A stretch of DNA of 42,569 nucleotides from positions 1-42,569 of the forward strand of contig JAOQIN010000013.1 of assembly GCA_026134085.1 (NCBI GenBank). The letters run 5' to 3'. Source of the stretch: Candidatus Methanoxibalbensis ujae (GTDB lineage Archaea; Halobacteriota; Syntropharchaeia; Alkanophagales; Methanospirareceae). The stretch's first letter is position 1; every line of letters starts with the position of its first letter. This document shows positions 26,682 through 37,420 of the stretch, piece after piece. The position numbers and the translations under genes are program-made. The notes beneath the pieces were generated by a model. It saw nothing but the letters and a program-made list of their open reading frames with translations. It did not search any database and was not told the DNA's origin.

Positions 26682-27152
26682 ATGAGAGGGAAAGAGACGA
26701 GAGGACAAATGCACACAGTAGAGGCACTGCTCGCATTGATCATTCTCATCGGCGCGGTGGCATACGCATCTCAGACAGCACCAAAGCAGATTTGCACGGG
26801 CGAAGAAAGAACACAGTTGTATCTATATGGAAGGGACTTCCTCAACATCCTTGACATGGAACACGGCGACCACACAAGCTGGCTTTACCACCAGATCAGC
26901 GGAACAGTGAACGGAAGCAGATGGAACGCAGCCGAAAACATCATAAATGAGTGGAATAAAACTTCTCTCCCCTCAAAAGGAGTGTTCTGTAAGGTTGAAA
27001 TTATAAATTTAACGGAAAAAGGGATCAATGTTGTGAATTTTAGTGCTGGAGAACCCTCAGAAGACGCAGTTACAATCTCAAAAATAGTTACAATTGTAAA
27101 TCCGCCTTATGTGGAGATTTACGAAGTGAGACTCACACTTTGGTATGCGTAA
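26682..27152 (+). CDS. Archaeal pilin-like protein with class III signal peptide
   Basis: TRG|QMHTVEA followed by a hydrophobic helix; C-terminal VEIYEVRLTLWY. Confidence 0.7.
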   Translation: MRGKETRGQMHTVEALLALIILIGAVAYASQTAPKQICTGEERTQLYLYGRDFLNILDMEHGDHTSWLYHQISGTVNGSRWNAAENIINEWNKTSLPSKGVFCKVEIINLTEKGINVVNFSAGEPSEDAVTISKIVTIVNPPYVEIYEVRLTLWYA

Positions 27153-27368
27153 GGGGCGATTTATATTCTCGAGCAACTGATACATTGTCTTTTCTGCATT
27201 TTCAACAATCAGACTTCAAACCTTTTCTCTTTATTGCTTATTATTTGTTTTTCGTTTTTTATTATTTTGTTCGGATATTTTGTGTCATTCTTATTCCTTT
27301 AACATCGGTTTCTTCATAGCGAATAAAATAAACGAGCGGAAACGAGCGGATATGAGCATCGCAAAAAA

Positions 27369-27384
27369 CCGAAAAGTTTAAATG
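27369..27384 (+). promoter_or_regulatory. Archaeal BRE plus TATA box (ccgaaaag-tttaaatg)
   Basis: Consensus-like BRE/TATA about 50 nt upstream of the SIS-protein start. Confidence 0.6.
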
Positions 27385-27433
27385 ATAAACCTTGCCCTAC
27401 GAATAAGGGCGGCGGGTGACGGCAGGTGTGAAT

Positions 27434-28534
27434 ATGAATATGAGAAGTGTGAGATATATTGACAGGATAATGGAGAATGTGAGGCAGGTGAAGGAAGAGG
27501 ACATAGTGGATCTGTATAATGACATTCATGAAGCCGATTGCATTATACTTGTGGGCGAGGGTCGCTCGCAAGGTGCGCTGCTTATAGGGATGGGTCAGAT
27601 AAACAAGACAGTGCGTCTTATAGAGGATGTTGATTTTCCGGGCAGGAACATAATAGATGCGGCGCCTAGGCTGGAGCGCATGCACCGGTGCATTGTTGTT
27701 CTTGTGAATTCAGGAAGTGGAGAGACGACCATACCGAAGATTGTTGTCAAGGAGCTCTCCGAGTATATAGAGAAGACGAAGAGCGAGAAGTTCAAAATAC
27801 ATGCTGTCGTTTCAGACCCAATGTCATCAGTGGGGAGGATTTGTGAGAAGCCTTTTGGAAATGTGCTTGTGCTCAAAGGCAGAAATTTGAAGGAGACAAA
27901 TGATTTTGCAAGTCATGGCATAATGAACGATGTTTATGAACTGGGAAGCATGCTGATATTTCAGAAAATAAAGGAGCATATAATCAATCAGGCGCCACCA
28001 GAAGGCATAAAAGAGGATATACTGCGTGAGGGGGATGTTGTGCGGGACATCGTGCATGAGTTCATAAACTCTCCAATGTATGAGAACATAATCTCAAATC
28101 TTGAGAGGAGGAGCCACATCACAATAGGAGGTCTCGGTCCTGCGAGGCATGTTGCGACGATGACGGCGATAAGGCTTCAGCATGTGAAACGTGCGATAGG
28201 TGATGACGCATATCCTGCAGGTCCGTTCGCACCGAAACCTCGTGCTGGAGATCTGCTGATGCTCATATCATGGTCGGGAGAAACTCTTCCACTGCTTGAG
28301 TGGTGCAAAATTCATAAAAATGTCGGAGCGTTCGTGTATTCAATTGTTGGCAACTATTCAACGCTTTCAGAACATTCAGAGAGTTTCATACTGAACGCGC
28401 CCGCATCAGTCTTCTATGAGCGAGCGGCATTCGCACTCAGCCCGCTTCCCATTCATCTCGTTGAAAGATTGAAAGAGAGGGGATTTGAGCTTCCCGATTA
28501 CATCATGCGCTGGTTCCACTCCGAAACCGAGTAG
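27434..28534 (+). CDS. Tandem SIS-domain protein (two 6-phospho-3-hexuloisomerase-like halves)
   Basis: Half 1: ILVGEGRS...NSGSGET. Half 2: IGGLGPA...AIRLQH...DLLMLISWSGET...GAFVYSIVGN..S.LS. Confidence 0.7.
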   Translation: MNMRSVRYIDRIMENVRQVKEEDIVDLYNDIHEADCIILVGEGRSQGALLIGMGQINKTVRLIEDVDFPGRNIIDAAPRLERMHRCIVVLVNSGSGETTIPKIVVKELSEYIEKTKSEKFKIHAVVSDPMSSVGRICEKPFGNVLVLKGRNLKETNDFASHGIMNDVYELGSMLIFQKIKEHIINQAPPEGIKEDILREGDVVRDIVHEFINSPMYENIISNLERRSHITIGGLGPARHVATMTAIRLQHVKRAIGDDAYPAGPFAPKPRAGDLLMLISWSGETLPLLEWCKIHKNVGAFVYSIVGNYSTLSEHSESFILNAPASVFYERAAFALSPLPIHLVERLKERGFELPDYIMRWFHSETE

Positions 28535-28674
28535 TTCACCATGAGCGCTCCGTAACGGAGGAAAACAAAAGGAGAGGTCAGGCGACAACCATACGATGCG
28601 GATCATCCCATCCGATGTGGATATTCCGGATGTTATCCTGATCTCAGCCCGGACCTCAGCCCGGAGGCGCGGGA

Positions 28675-28776
28675 TGCGGGGGGCGTGATTTGAACACGCG
28701 AACCCCTACGGGACAGGGTATCTCAGCACACAGTGCTCCTAAGCCCTGCGCCTTTTCCATGCTCGGCAACCCCCGC
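28675..28776 (-). tRNA. tRNA-Leu(TAG) with an 18-nt canonical (37/38) intron at 28720-28737
   Basis: Acceptor GCGGGGG/CCCCCGC plus A, long variable arm, T-loop TTCAAAT. Intron AGCACTGTGTGCTGAGAT forms a bulge-helix-bulge (CUUA/UGAG central helix, GCAC/GUGC outer helix). Confidence 0.95.
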
Positions 28777-28931
28777 TTTATTATATTTGTTCTGATACTT
28801 TCTATCTCACGGCATATATTGCCAGCACGGCGAAAGAATCAAAAAGAGAGCACGGCATATTCATGACTGGCGCAGCGTGGCATATGGGCACCTGCACAGG
28901 CGCATCTTGGAGGAGCGGTGGTGAAACAGAG

Positions 28932-29453
28932 ATGAATCTGCGGAGGGCGGTTCTGCTGTCGTCAAACGCTGAAGGCTGCACGAAGTTGAATGCATTTGAC
29001 AACGCACTGCTGAATGCCGGCATAGGAAATGCCAATCTGGTCAGGTTGAGCAGTGTCGTCCCTGAAAATGTGGAATGGTTGAATGATGTCCCGGATTTTC
29101 CCATGGGCACAGTTCTTTTCGCAGTTTACTCACATATAGAGAGCGATGAGGAGGGTTCAAGAATAAGCGCAGCAGTGGGCGTGGGAATTCGCTCCTCAAA
29201 AGAAATGTTCTTTCACGGAGGCTGTTCCGAGAGTTCCGGGATACACAGCAGTGGCGGCGCGGGTGGCGGCTTGATATATGAGTTCTCAGGATTCTGCGAC
29301 GCTGAATATGCTGCCAGAAAGGTGAAAGAGATGTTGAGCGAGGGTTTCGCGGTGAGAGATTGGAAGATAAGCGAGATAAAAGTGGCAGTGGCTGAGCACA
29401 CAGTCAGAAAGAAGCCAGGATGCGCACTCGCAGCTGTTGTGTTCTTTCCCTGA
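28932..29453 (+). CDS. pdaD: Pyruvoyl-dependent arginine decarboxylase
   Basis: LNAFDNALLNAGIGNANLVRLSSVVP (Ser-Ser autocleavage site), ISAAVG, GLIYE and GCALAAVV motifs. Confidence 0.88.
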   Translation: MNLRRAVLLSSNAEGCTKLNAFDNALLNAGIGNANLVRLSSVVPENVEWLNDVPDFPMGTVLFAVYSHIESDEEGSRISAAVGVGIRSSKEMFFHGGCSESSGIHSSGGAGGGLIYEFSGFCDAEYAARKVKEMLSEGFAVRDWKISEIKVAVAEHTVRKKPGCALAAVVFFP

Positions 29454-29479
29454 ACCTCAACTGCGGCATGCGGCAGAGA

Positions 29480-31273
29480 CTACATCATCCGCATTGTTTG
29501 GGAGGATTGGTAATCCAGCAACTCTTTCATTTTTTGCTGGAAATAAGCGAGAGCATCTCTGAAATATTCCTCCTTAAGCATGCCGAGTGGTGATGAGGTC
29601 TCATATATACGCCTGGGAATGCGTAATTTTTCAAAAGAGAATCCTTCTCTCAGTTTAAATGCGTATTTTGAGCGATGAATTTCTGTGCCTATTCTTTCCA
29701 AATCTTTTTCTGTCATGTTTATGCCGACGCATTTCAGTGCATCTATGACCACATCGCGCTTGTAAATCTCGCGGGAGAAAAAGCAGATTACGAGACTTGA
29801 AAGTATCTGACGCCATCTCTCCTCATCTATGAGGCGGTCGATGAGCTCTTCAGGCGGAAGCACTTTCTTCACCTTCTGATCAACTGAATATCCCGCGTTA
29901 TCCAGATGGCCGTGTCTTGCACCTATGAGAGCGCCGATATGGCATCCATATCCTGTATGATAGCCCGGCATCTCATTTCCCGAGAGAGAGAGGGCGAAAT
30001 CCTCTCCTCCATATATGGAGGATGCGTGTTCAACGCCGCGTGCGAGAGCAGCGTAGAATTCGTTGTGCTGTGTCACAATTTTCATGACGGCATCCGCATA
30101 TGCGAGCCAGTCTCCCCATTTGAGTATGATGCCGTCTGTATCACGCTCTGATATCAGTCCGCGCTCAAGCGCTTCTGTCGCCCATGCGAGGACAACTCCA
30201 ACACTCATCGCATCAATTCCGAGAGCGTCCACACGATCCTTAAGTCTGAGGAGGTCGGCTGCGTTTTTCAATCCGAGCATTGCGCCCAACGCATATATGG
30301 GTTCGTAGTCGTATGCGATCATGGATGTCTTGTAGAAGTATGGCACATCCTCATAAGGCTCCCTGAGCGCTGCGATATGAATACATGCAACAGGACAATG
30401 AGAGCATGCTATGCGCCTGCCCAGATAATAAGATGCGAGATGTTCGCCTGATATCTCCTCAGCCTTCTCAGGGCGAGCTTCACGCAGGTTCAGGGATGGG
30501 AGTGCGCCGAGCTCCGTCAGCGGAAGGACATTCTGCGCGGTTCCCAGGTCGTGATACTTCTTCATAGCATCTGAAGTCGTCGCTTTGTCATATATGTGGC
30601 GATATACCCTGCGGTATTCCCTTATTTCTGGCTTGGGAAGTCCTCTTCTTCCCGAGACGACGACCGCCTTCAAGTTTTTCGCACCGAAGACAGCGCCGAG
30701 ACCGAGACGGCCGAAGCATCTGTAAGTCTCCGTTGTGACATTTGCATACGATACGAGACGCTCACCGGCGGGCCCTATACGCATTATCGTGCGGACACCT
30801 GCACCACTCTCCGCCTCCCTTATGACACGCCCCGCAATGATGCTGTTCATTCCCCAGAGAGCTCTCGCATCTCTGAAGAAAACGCGTGCACCATGTATCG
30901 CGACATACACCGGAAAATCACTCGCACCTTTTATGACGATCGCACCATATCCTGCCATCCTTATCGCAACTGCACTCCTTCCACCTGCATGACTCTCTCC
31001 CAAATTGCCTGTGTGTGGAGATTTGAACACCGCAACAGTCTTTGATGCGAGCGGAAAATATCCAGTAAGAGGTCCTACCGCGAATATTATTGGGTTTTCT
31101 CCGCTCAGCGGATCAGCTCCTCTGGGACATTCCTCATGCAACAGCTGCGTTGCAACACCAATGCCTCCTATATACTTCTCAAACAGGTCCTCCCTCTTCT
31201 CCACCCAAAAACGACGCTTCGTCAGGTCTATATGAAGCACATTCACAATCGGGTCTCCTTCAAGCATGCTCAT
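29480..31273 (-). CDS. Aldehyde:ferredoxin oxidoreductase family (W/Mo-pterin) protein
   Basis: KSPHTG..GESHAGG, RIGPAGE, GRLGLGAVFGAKNLKA, CSHCPVAC, YDYE and GIDAMS motifs. Start placed after the AGGTG ribosome-binding site. Confidence 0.9.
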   Translation of the reverse strand: MSMLEGDPIVNVLHIDLTKRRFWVEKREDLFEKYIGGIGVATQLLHEECPRGADPLSGENPIIFAVGPLTGYFPLASKTVAVFKSPHTGNLGESHAGGRSAVAIRMAGYGAIVIKGASDFPVYVAIHGARVFFRDARALWGMNSIIAGRVIREAESGAGVRTIMRIGPAGERLVSYANVTTETYRCFGRLGLGAVFGAKNLKAVVVSGRRGLPKPEIREYRRVYRHIYDKATTSDAMKKYHDLGTAQNVLPLTELGALPSLNLREARPEKAEEISGEHLASYYLGRRIACSHCPVACIHIAALREPYEDVPYFYKTSMIAYDYEPIYALGAMLGLKNAADLLRLKDRVDALGIDAMSVGVVLAWATEALERGLISERDTDGIILKWGDWLAYADAVMKIVTQHNEFYAALARGVEHASSIYGGEDFALSLSGNEMPGYHTGYGCHIGALIGARHGHLDNAGYSVDQKVKKVLPPEELIDRLIDEERWRQILSSLVICFFSREIYKRDVVIDALKCVGINMTEKDLERIGTEIHRSKYAFKLREGFSFEKLRIPRRIYETSSPLGMLKEEYFRDALAYFQQKMKELLDYQSSQTMRMM

Positions 31274-31601
31274 CACCTTTTTCCGCGCACGCATCCACAG
31301 CGCACGCATTTTTCAACTGCTTGCACATTCTATGCATCATATGGCAAAGTTTTGCCGGGCGTATTGAGAGCTATATTATTTCAGCTTCTTTTTAACTTTC
31401 CATGCTTGAATTTTTTTTAAACTGCTTCTGTTCTTCTTCCCAAGAAGGTGCCGTTATGTGGCTGCCCAGCACTTCACTTCCATATCTTCCCCGAAGGGGG
31501 AGATGACTGCTGCGTTGAGAGGTGCGTTTATTGGAGTAAGCGCATGCGCAGTGCGGCGCAGTGTTTATAATCAGACAATTCATTTTAATCTTTAATCTGA
31601 G

Positions 31602-34415
31602 ATGGGGAGCAAAGACAGCGGCGTTGCTGCGACAGATAACATATTTGCAGGGGAGTATGACATAGAATACTTTGATGAGGAGGGATTTAAGAGGCGTAGA
31701 TGCGAGCGTTGCGGTGCTTTTTTCTGGACGACGGACGAAAATCGGACGAACTGTGGTGATGCACCATGCGACATATACTCATTCATCGGGAGTCCTGTGT
31801 TCAGGGAGAGGAGTGTTGATGAGATAAGGGAGTCATTTCTATCATTTTTTGAGCGGAATTCGCACAAGCGTCTGAAGCGATATCCCGTGGTGGCGCGATG
31901 GCGGGATGACATTTACCTGACGATAGCCTCAATCGCGAATTTTCAGCCTTTTGTGACATCGGGCAGGGTGCCGCCACCTGCAAATCCGCTTGTGATATCG
32001 CAGCCGTGCATTCGTCTTGAGGACCTTGAGTCCATCGGGCGGACAGGGCGTCATCTGACGATATTTGAGATGATGGGGCATCATGCATTCAACAAGCGGG
32101 GTGTTGAGGAGATATACTGGAAGGATGAGACTGTGAGATACTGCGCGGAATTCCTCCGTGAGCTCGGTGCAGACATAAATGCGGTGACATTCAAAGAGGC
32201 GCCCTGGATGGGCGGAGGTAATGCGGGACCATGTCTTGAGGTCATCACGGGGGGATTGGAGGTTGCAACACTCGTTTTCATGGATCTTGAGGCGTCTGCT
32301 GATGGTGAGATCGTGCTTGACGGACTCAGATATCGGAAGATGCCAACATACATCGTTGACACGGGATACGGCCTGGAGCGGTTTGTATGGGCATCCAGAG
32401 GCACGCCAACAGTGTATGATGCGGTGTTTCCCGAAGTGATATCAGAGATTCTCTCCGCTGCGGGAATGGAGCATCCGCTCGAGAAATATCCGCAGACGAC
32501 CATAGAATGCGCAAAGATGCTCGGTGTTATGCGTGTTGATGAAATGCGCGATCTCTCAGAAGATTTCATACGAGATTTCACAAAAATGACAACGGTATAT
32601 GCGCTGGCGGATCATGCGAAGTGTCTTGCGTTCATGCTTTCAGACGGCGTTGTGCCATCAAATGCAAAGGAGGGCTATCTTGCGAGGCTTATAATCAGAA
32701 GGGCGTTCAGGATGATGAACGCACTTGGCATTGAGTTGCCGCTTGATGAGATAGTGATATCTCATATAAAGCATCTTCGGAGCGCGTTTCCCGAGCTTGA
32801 GCATGCGGTTGATCGCATTTCGGAGATTCTTGAGTTGGAGAGGCGGAGATATGATGAGACTCTTTCAAAGGGTGCGAGGATTGTTCAGCGACTGGTGCGA
32901 GATTATGAGAGGCGCGGTGTGAGCAGAATACCCGCTGATGTTCTCATTGAACTTTATGACACACACGGCTTGCCGCCTGAATTTGTGAGGGATATCGTGC
33001 TGCAGCACGAGCAGAAAGCAGTGCGGGTTGAGATTCCCGATGATTTCTACTCAATTGTAGCGAGGATGCACAGCACTGAACAGCGTGCAGTCAGGGGCGA
33101 GGCGAAAGAAGCTCTGAAACTGCATGCTGAAAATCTGAAACGCATAAGAGGCATGCCGAAAACGCGCAAGATTTTCTACGAAAAACCAGAAGACAGCGAA
33201 TTTGAAGCGTCTGTTGTTGATGCGTTTGACGGTTTCATCATACTTGATAAGACGCTTTTCTATCCGGAGGGCGGCGGACAGCCAGCTGACAGGGGCTTCA
33301 TCCTCCTCAGCAGCGGTGAGAAATTGCGTGTGGTGGATGTTCAGGATGTTGATGGCGTCGTCCTGCACAGGACGGACATGAGGGACACGGGAGACATAAG
33401 AGGCATGAAGGTGCGCGGTTTCATAGACCGTGAAAGGAGAATCGCTCATATGAGACATCACACGGCTACGCACATTGTGTTATGTGCAGCACGCAGGATA
33501 CTCGGTGATCACATATGGCAGGCTGGCGCGCAGAAGGGGGAGAGGCGTGCGAGGATAGATGTGACACATTTCAAACGCATCTCAACAGATGAAAGACGGA
33601 GGATTGAGATTCTTGCAAACGAGATGGTCATGCGAAATCTGCGTGTGCACGCGAGATTTGAGGAGAGGAATGCAGCAGAGCGAAAATACGGGTTCCGCAT
33701 ATATCAGGGAGGAGTTCCAGACGGCGCTGAGATAAGGATTGTGAGCATAGCGGATGGTGAAGATGTGCAAGCATGCGCCGGGACACACTGCTCACGCACG
33801 GGAGATGTGGGCTGCATCAAGATAATAAGAACCGAGCGCATTCAGGACGGCATAGAGCGCATAGAATTCGCAGCTGGAACAGCGGCAATCTTTGAAATAC
33901 AGTCAGCTGAAGAGCTTCTTGACCGTTCGGCATCTGTGTTGAGAGTGCCTCATGAACATCTTCCAACTGCTGTTGAGCGGTTCTTTGAGGAGTGGAAAGC
34001 ATTGAAAAAGGAAAATGAGCGTCTGAGATCCGAGATCGCAGATATGCGCATTGCATCGTTGCGCGATAAAGCGCAGCAGATCGCCGGTGCAAATGTGGTC
34101 GCAGATAAAATTCAGAATGCTGAGCGGAAAGAGCTCATGAAGATCGCAAACACTCTCTCGAAAGAGGGTATCATTGCAGTGCTCATCGGGATCAAACACA
34201 ACAGAGCATCAGTTGTCTGCGCCGTTCCGAAGGAATTCAGGCGGCGTGTGAGTGCGGATAAATTGGTGAAGCGCATATGTGAGATAATCGGTGGCGGCGG
34301 CGGTGGCTCCGAAGAGCTCGCACAGGGCGGAGGTGATAAAGTCGCATATGTGGATAAGGCGATAGAAGAATGCATCTCTCTCATCAACACACTTCTCGCT
34401 CATCAACACACTTGA
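31602..34415 (+). CDS. alaS: Alanine--tRNA ligase (archaeal type)
   Basis: N-terminal CERCG.FFWT..CGD.PC, RYPVVARWR, DTGYGLER, editing motifs HHTATH and QACAGTH, C-Ala GGGGGG...AQGG. Confidence 0.97.
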   Translation: MGSKDSGVAATDNIFAGEYDIEYFDEEGFKRRRCERCGAFFWTTDENRTNCGDAPCDIYSFIGSPVFRERSVDEIRESFLSFFERNSHKRLKRYPVVARWRDDIYLTIASIANFQPFVTSGRVPPPANPLVISQPCIRLEDLESIGRTGRHLTIFEMMGHHAFNKRGVEEIYWKDETVRYCAEFLRELGADINAVTFKEAPWMGGGNAGPCLEVITGGLEVATLVFMDLEASADGEIVLDGLRYRKMPTYIVDTGYGLERFVWASRGTPTVYDAVFPEVISEILSAAGMEHPLEKYPQTTIECAKMLGVMRVDEMRDLSEDFIRDFTKMTTVYALADHAKCLAFMLSDGVVPSNAKEGYLARLIIRRAFRMMNALGIELPLDEIVISHIKHLRSAFPELEHAVDRISEILELERRRYDETLSKGARIVQRLVRDYERRGVSRIPADVLIELYDTHGLPPEFVRDIVLQHEQKAVRVEIPDDFYSIVARMHSTEQRAVRGEAKEALKLHAENLKRIRGMPKTRKIFYEKPEDSEFEASVVDAFDGFIILDKTLFYPEGGGQPADRGFILLSSGEKLRVVDVQDVDGVVLHRTDMRDTGDIRGMKVRGFIDRERRIAHMRHHTATHIVLCAARRILGDHIWQAGAQKGERRARIDVTHFKRISTDERRRIEILANEMVMRNLRVHARFEERNAAERKYGFRIYQGGVPDGAEIRIVSIADGEDVQACAGTHCSRTGDVGCIKIIRTERIQDGIERIEFAAGTAAIFEIQSAEELLDRSASVLRVPHEHLPTAVERFFEEWKALKKENERLRSEIADMRIASLRDKAQQIAGANVVADKIQNAERKELMKIANTLSKEGIIAVLIGIKHNRASVVCAVPKEFRRRVSADKLVKRICEIIGGGGGGSEELAQGGGDKVAYVDKAIEECISLINTLLAHQHT

Positions 34416-34445
34416 GAAAGGCTGAGTGAATGGAGGGTTGAGGAG

Positions 34446-35357
34446 TCATTCAGTGATGATCTCGCATCCATCATCAAGGACTATGATTGTGTGTTCAGCC
34501 TGCGAGACTCTCCCCCTTCCCTCCTCACGGAGCACCGGATATGCATGCAATATGCCATCTCTGACGAGCATGCGAAGTATTCCGTCCGGATGAGGTGTTT
34601 TCAGCCAGCGCTTTGCGAACGGGAGTCCCTGAAACTCCATTATTTCTGTGAGAAGGCGCCTTGCAGATTGCAATCTCACCGGTTTCAGATTTTCGAGGCG
34701 ATATATTTCCACCTTTCCCCCCTCTGACACCCTGCCTATGCCATCTGTGGCGAAAGGCTCAATCGCGACCACATCTCCCTCACGCAATACCGCGCTGCCT
34801 TGATGGCGGATATTCGGTATTGATGGCGGTGCGTGCGGGTTGAATCTTCTCAGTCCGTGCCCTGTGAGATTTACGATGGGCTTGAATCCAGCATTTTTTA
34901 TCGCATGCTCTATGACTTCGCTTATTTTTTCAACGCGCACCCCATCTCTCACAACCGCAATCGCATCCCTCAGCGCGACTTCAGCAGCGTTTATAAGCGA
35001 TTCATGCTTCCCATCACCGCTCAGATCAACTGTGACAGCTGTGTCCGCAATGTATCCATCAATATGAACGCCCATATCCAGCTTGACGATGTCTCCCTCC
35101 TTGAACACTGTTTCATCGCCTGCAGATGGTGTTGCGTGCGAAGCCTCTTCATTGACTGAAATGTTGCACGGGAACGCAGGTGCGGCACCTTTATCACGCG
35201 CACGCCTCTCAACAAATTCAGCAATCTCAATATGCGGCACGCCGACATCTGTTCTTTTGATCGCTTCCTCACGAATTTCCGCCAATATCCTTCCAGCAAA
35301 GCGATATTTCTCCAGTATCTCCTCCCTGCTCTCCTCCCCCTCATTTTCATCTCTCAA
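34446..35357 (-). CDS. map: Methionine aminopeptidase type II
   Basis: AFPCNISVNE.ASHATP, KLDMGVHIDGYIADTA, NLTGHG, AIEPFAT and SQAEHT motifs. TTG start. Confidence 0.95.
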   Translation of the reverse strand: MRDENEGEESREEILEKYRFAGRILAEIREEAIKRTDVGVPHIEIAEFVERRARDKGAAPAFPCNISVNEEASHATPSAGDETVFKEGDIVKLDMGVHIDGYIADTAVTVDLSGDGKHESLINAAEVALRDAIAVVRDGVRVEKISEVIEHAIKNAGFKPIVNLTGHGLRRFNPHAPPSIPNIRHQGSAVLREGDVVAIEPFATDGIGRVSEGGKVEIYRLENLKPVRLQSARRLLTEIMEFQGLPFAKRWLKTPHPDGILRMLVRDGILHAYPVLREEGRGRVSQAEHTIIVLDDGCEIITE

Positions 35358-36369
35358 TTTTCTGTTTCCCCCTCCTTTCCTCTTTTACCCATCTTCCATC
35401 GTGTGATGAGCAACTTTCACCCATCTGCTGATTCTCACTGTTTTTTATTTAAATTTTCAATGGAGCAGGGAAGGCGGGTGGTATCTCATGCATATTGCAA
35501 TGGTGAATCTCGCCGGCTTTGTGATGAGGTGGCGAAAGGTTCACGCAGTTTGGGATTTTCAGAGCTCCGATCAGCAGCGCTGCTTCTCAGGCCATATCGG
35601 AGGTTCTGTCAATCTGCCCTTTCATCCAACCACTAACCATTGCAAACAGCGAACATTCTCATGAATTTGTTTCATTTTACGCTTGCAGCTTTATTACATG
35701 ACGCTTACATCCATTCCATGCTTACTGCATTCGCTGATGTGAAGCGGGGTCAGATACTAAATCTGCTCCGGGTAAACATACTCAATATCCAACCACAAAC
35801 ACATGCACAGATGAGCCTGACTTTGAGAGAGGCCCTGAGGACTCAGAGAGCCTGTTTTAGTTTATTGCTGAGCTACTTGCGAGGTATAGGTGTTGTGCTT
35901 GACCTGTGCCCGTTCACGGAGAAGTTCCTTATTGAATAATACTGCCTTACAGTAGAGTGAACTCAGGTGGAGAGATGCGTGATTATTCTGATTTTATATG
36001 TTTTTGTCGCATCCCTGTTTTTCTGGCGATATTAATAACCAAACCCAACCCTCCTCCTCCCTTGCGTATCTCCACCTTCTCGGAATGGGTCCTGCAGGCA
36101 ACGGGAAGATAAACAGGGCGAAGATTGTGGGACAACTGTTGCGGCGCAGAATCATCTGTCAGGGAGGATTCTGGACGGTGAATGTGAGAATTTATAAAAA
36201 AGAACATCATTCAGAACAAGCGAGGGAATCGCTGACCTCTGTCTCCTGCATTGAGGCGGATAGTATGAGAGGATGGTATGGGAGGATGATATGAGAGGAC
36301 GGGACAATCAGATCATCAGGTCATTCAGAGGAATCGGGATGATACGGTGCAATCGGCAGCGCATTGAAA

Positions 36370-36939
36370 TTAAATGAACAAAATATCATCAGAACGTATC
36401 ACTTTTCCGCTGAGCACATTTTTTATATGATGCATTGCATATTCCTGCTCATATTTCCCAAGTGTTGCAGTGCAATCATGAGGAACAACAACACTTAAGC
36501 CTCGCATGAACGCATCTATGGCAGTGTGCATCACACATATATTTGTGGCAACGCCCGTTATTATGAGCGTTTTTATTTTTTTATCTGTGAGAATATCCTC
36601 CAAATTTGTTTTAAAAAAAGCGCTGTATCGCTTTTTTCTGATGATTTCAGATTTTTCAGCGAAGTCGGCAAGTTCATAAACGATTTCAGCACCTTCACTT
36701 TGCTTTATGCAGTGTTTAGGCCAGTATTTGAACTCATCATCATCCTCATCGTGCCAATCTTGCGTGAATATTGTGAAGACTTTTGCAGAAAATGCTTTTT
36801 CAAGCAGTTTTCGCACATTCGGAATGATTTTTCTCGCTGATTCTCCTATGTATAATGTACCCTGCTCATAGCAGAAGTCCTTCTGCATGTCAACAACAAT
36901 AACTGCTGTCTCCGATGACTGAAATCTCTCCTTTTCCAT
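36370..36939 (-). CDS. Isochorismatase-family cysteine hydrolase, nicotinamidase-like
   Basis: VVDMQKDF, QDWH...WPKHC (metal ligands), K.RYSAF and GVATNICV (catalytic Cys). Confidence 0.85.
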   Translation of the reverse strand: MEKERFQSSETAVIVVDMQKDFCYEQGTLYIGESARKIIPNVRKLLEKAFSAKVFTIFTQDWHDEDDDEFKYWPKHCIKQSEGAEIVYELADFAEKSEIIRKKRYSAFFKTNLEDILTDKKIKTLIITGVATNICVMHTAIDAFMRGLSVVVPHDCTATLGKYEQEYAMHHIKNVLSGKVIRSDDILFI

Positions 36940-37420
36940 TTGCTCTCTATTTTCTGTTCAATTCTGCTCTTTTTATCATTTGTCATTTCGTTCATCTGTC
37001 ATTCCGTCTCCTCAGAGGCTTCATGCGGATATGCGATTTCGTGTTCTCTCGCGGTGTTCTCTCGTGAGATTGCGTGCAGTGCAGGATAGGAGTCGCGTGA
37101 CATCGCCGAGTTGTGTGACATCGCCGCGATGCAGAGGCTTTGCGTGGGTGATGGGAGTCACCTGACCAGCAGTCGGGAACACAAATGAATGTCTCTGTGG
37201 TTCCGGGCTTCCTTGTGCTCTTTCTGTCATTTTCTGCCCATTCGCATTTTCACAACACATTCATAATCACGATGCTCGGGCTTCTGCGAGCATTCTTCAA
37301 CGCTCTCAATAACCTTTGTCAGGCAGCTTGCTGTGTAATCCGGACATATTTTTTTATTTTTTTCTTTCACCATCTTCACTCTCACCTCATACAGCACACA
37401 TCTGCACGCGCACCTGTGCG

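Noticed and set aside
28535..28675. tRNA-Leu 3' end as an integration (att) site
   Set aside because: I found no duplicated tRNA 3' fragment and no integrase in the window, only a local period-12 duplication.
16815..37126. Short direct repeats as mini-CRISPR arrays
   Set aside because: The units are adjacent or nearly so, have no spacers of CRISPR length, and are unrelated to one another.
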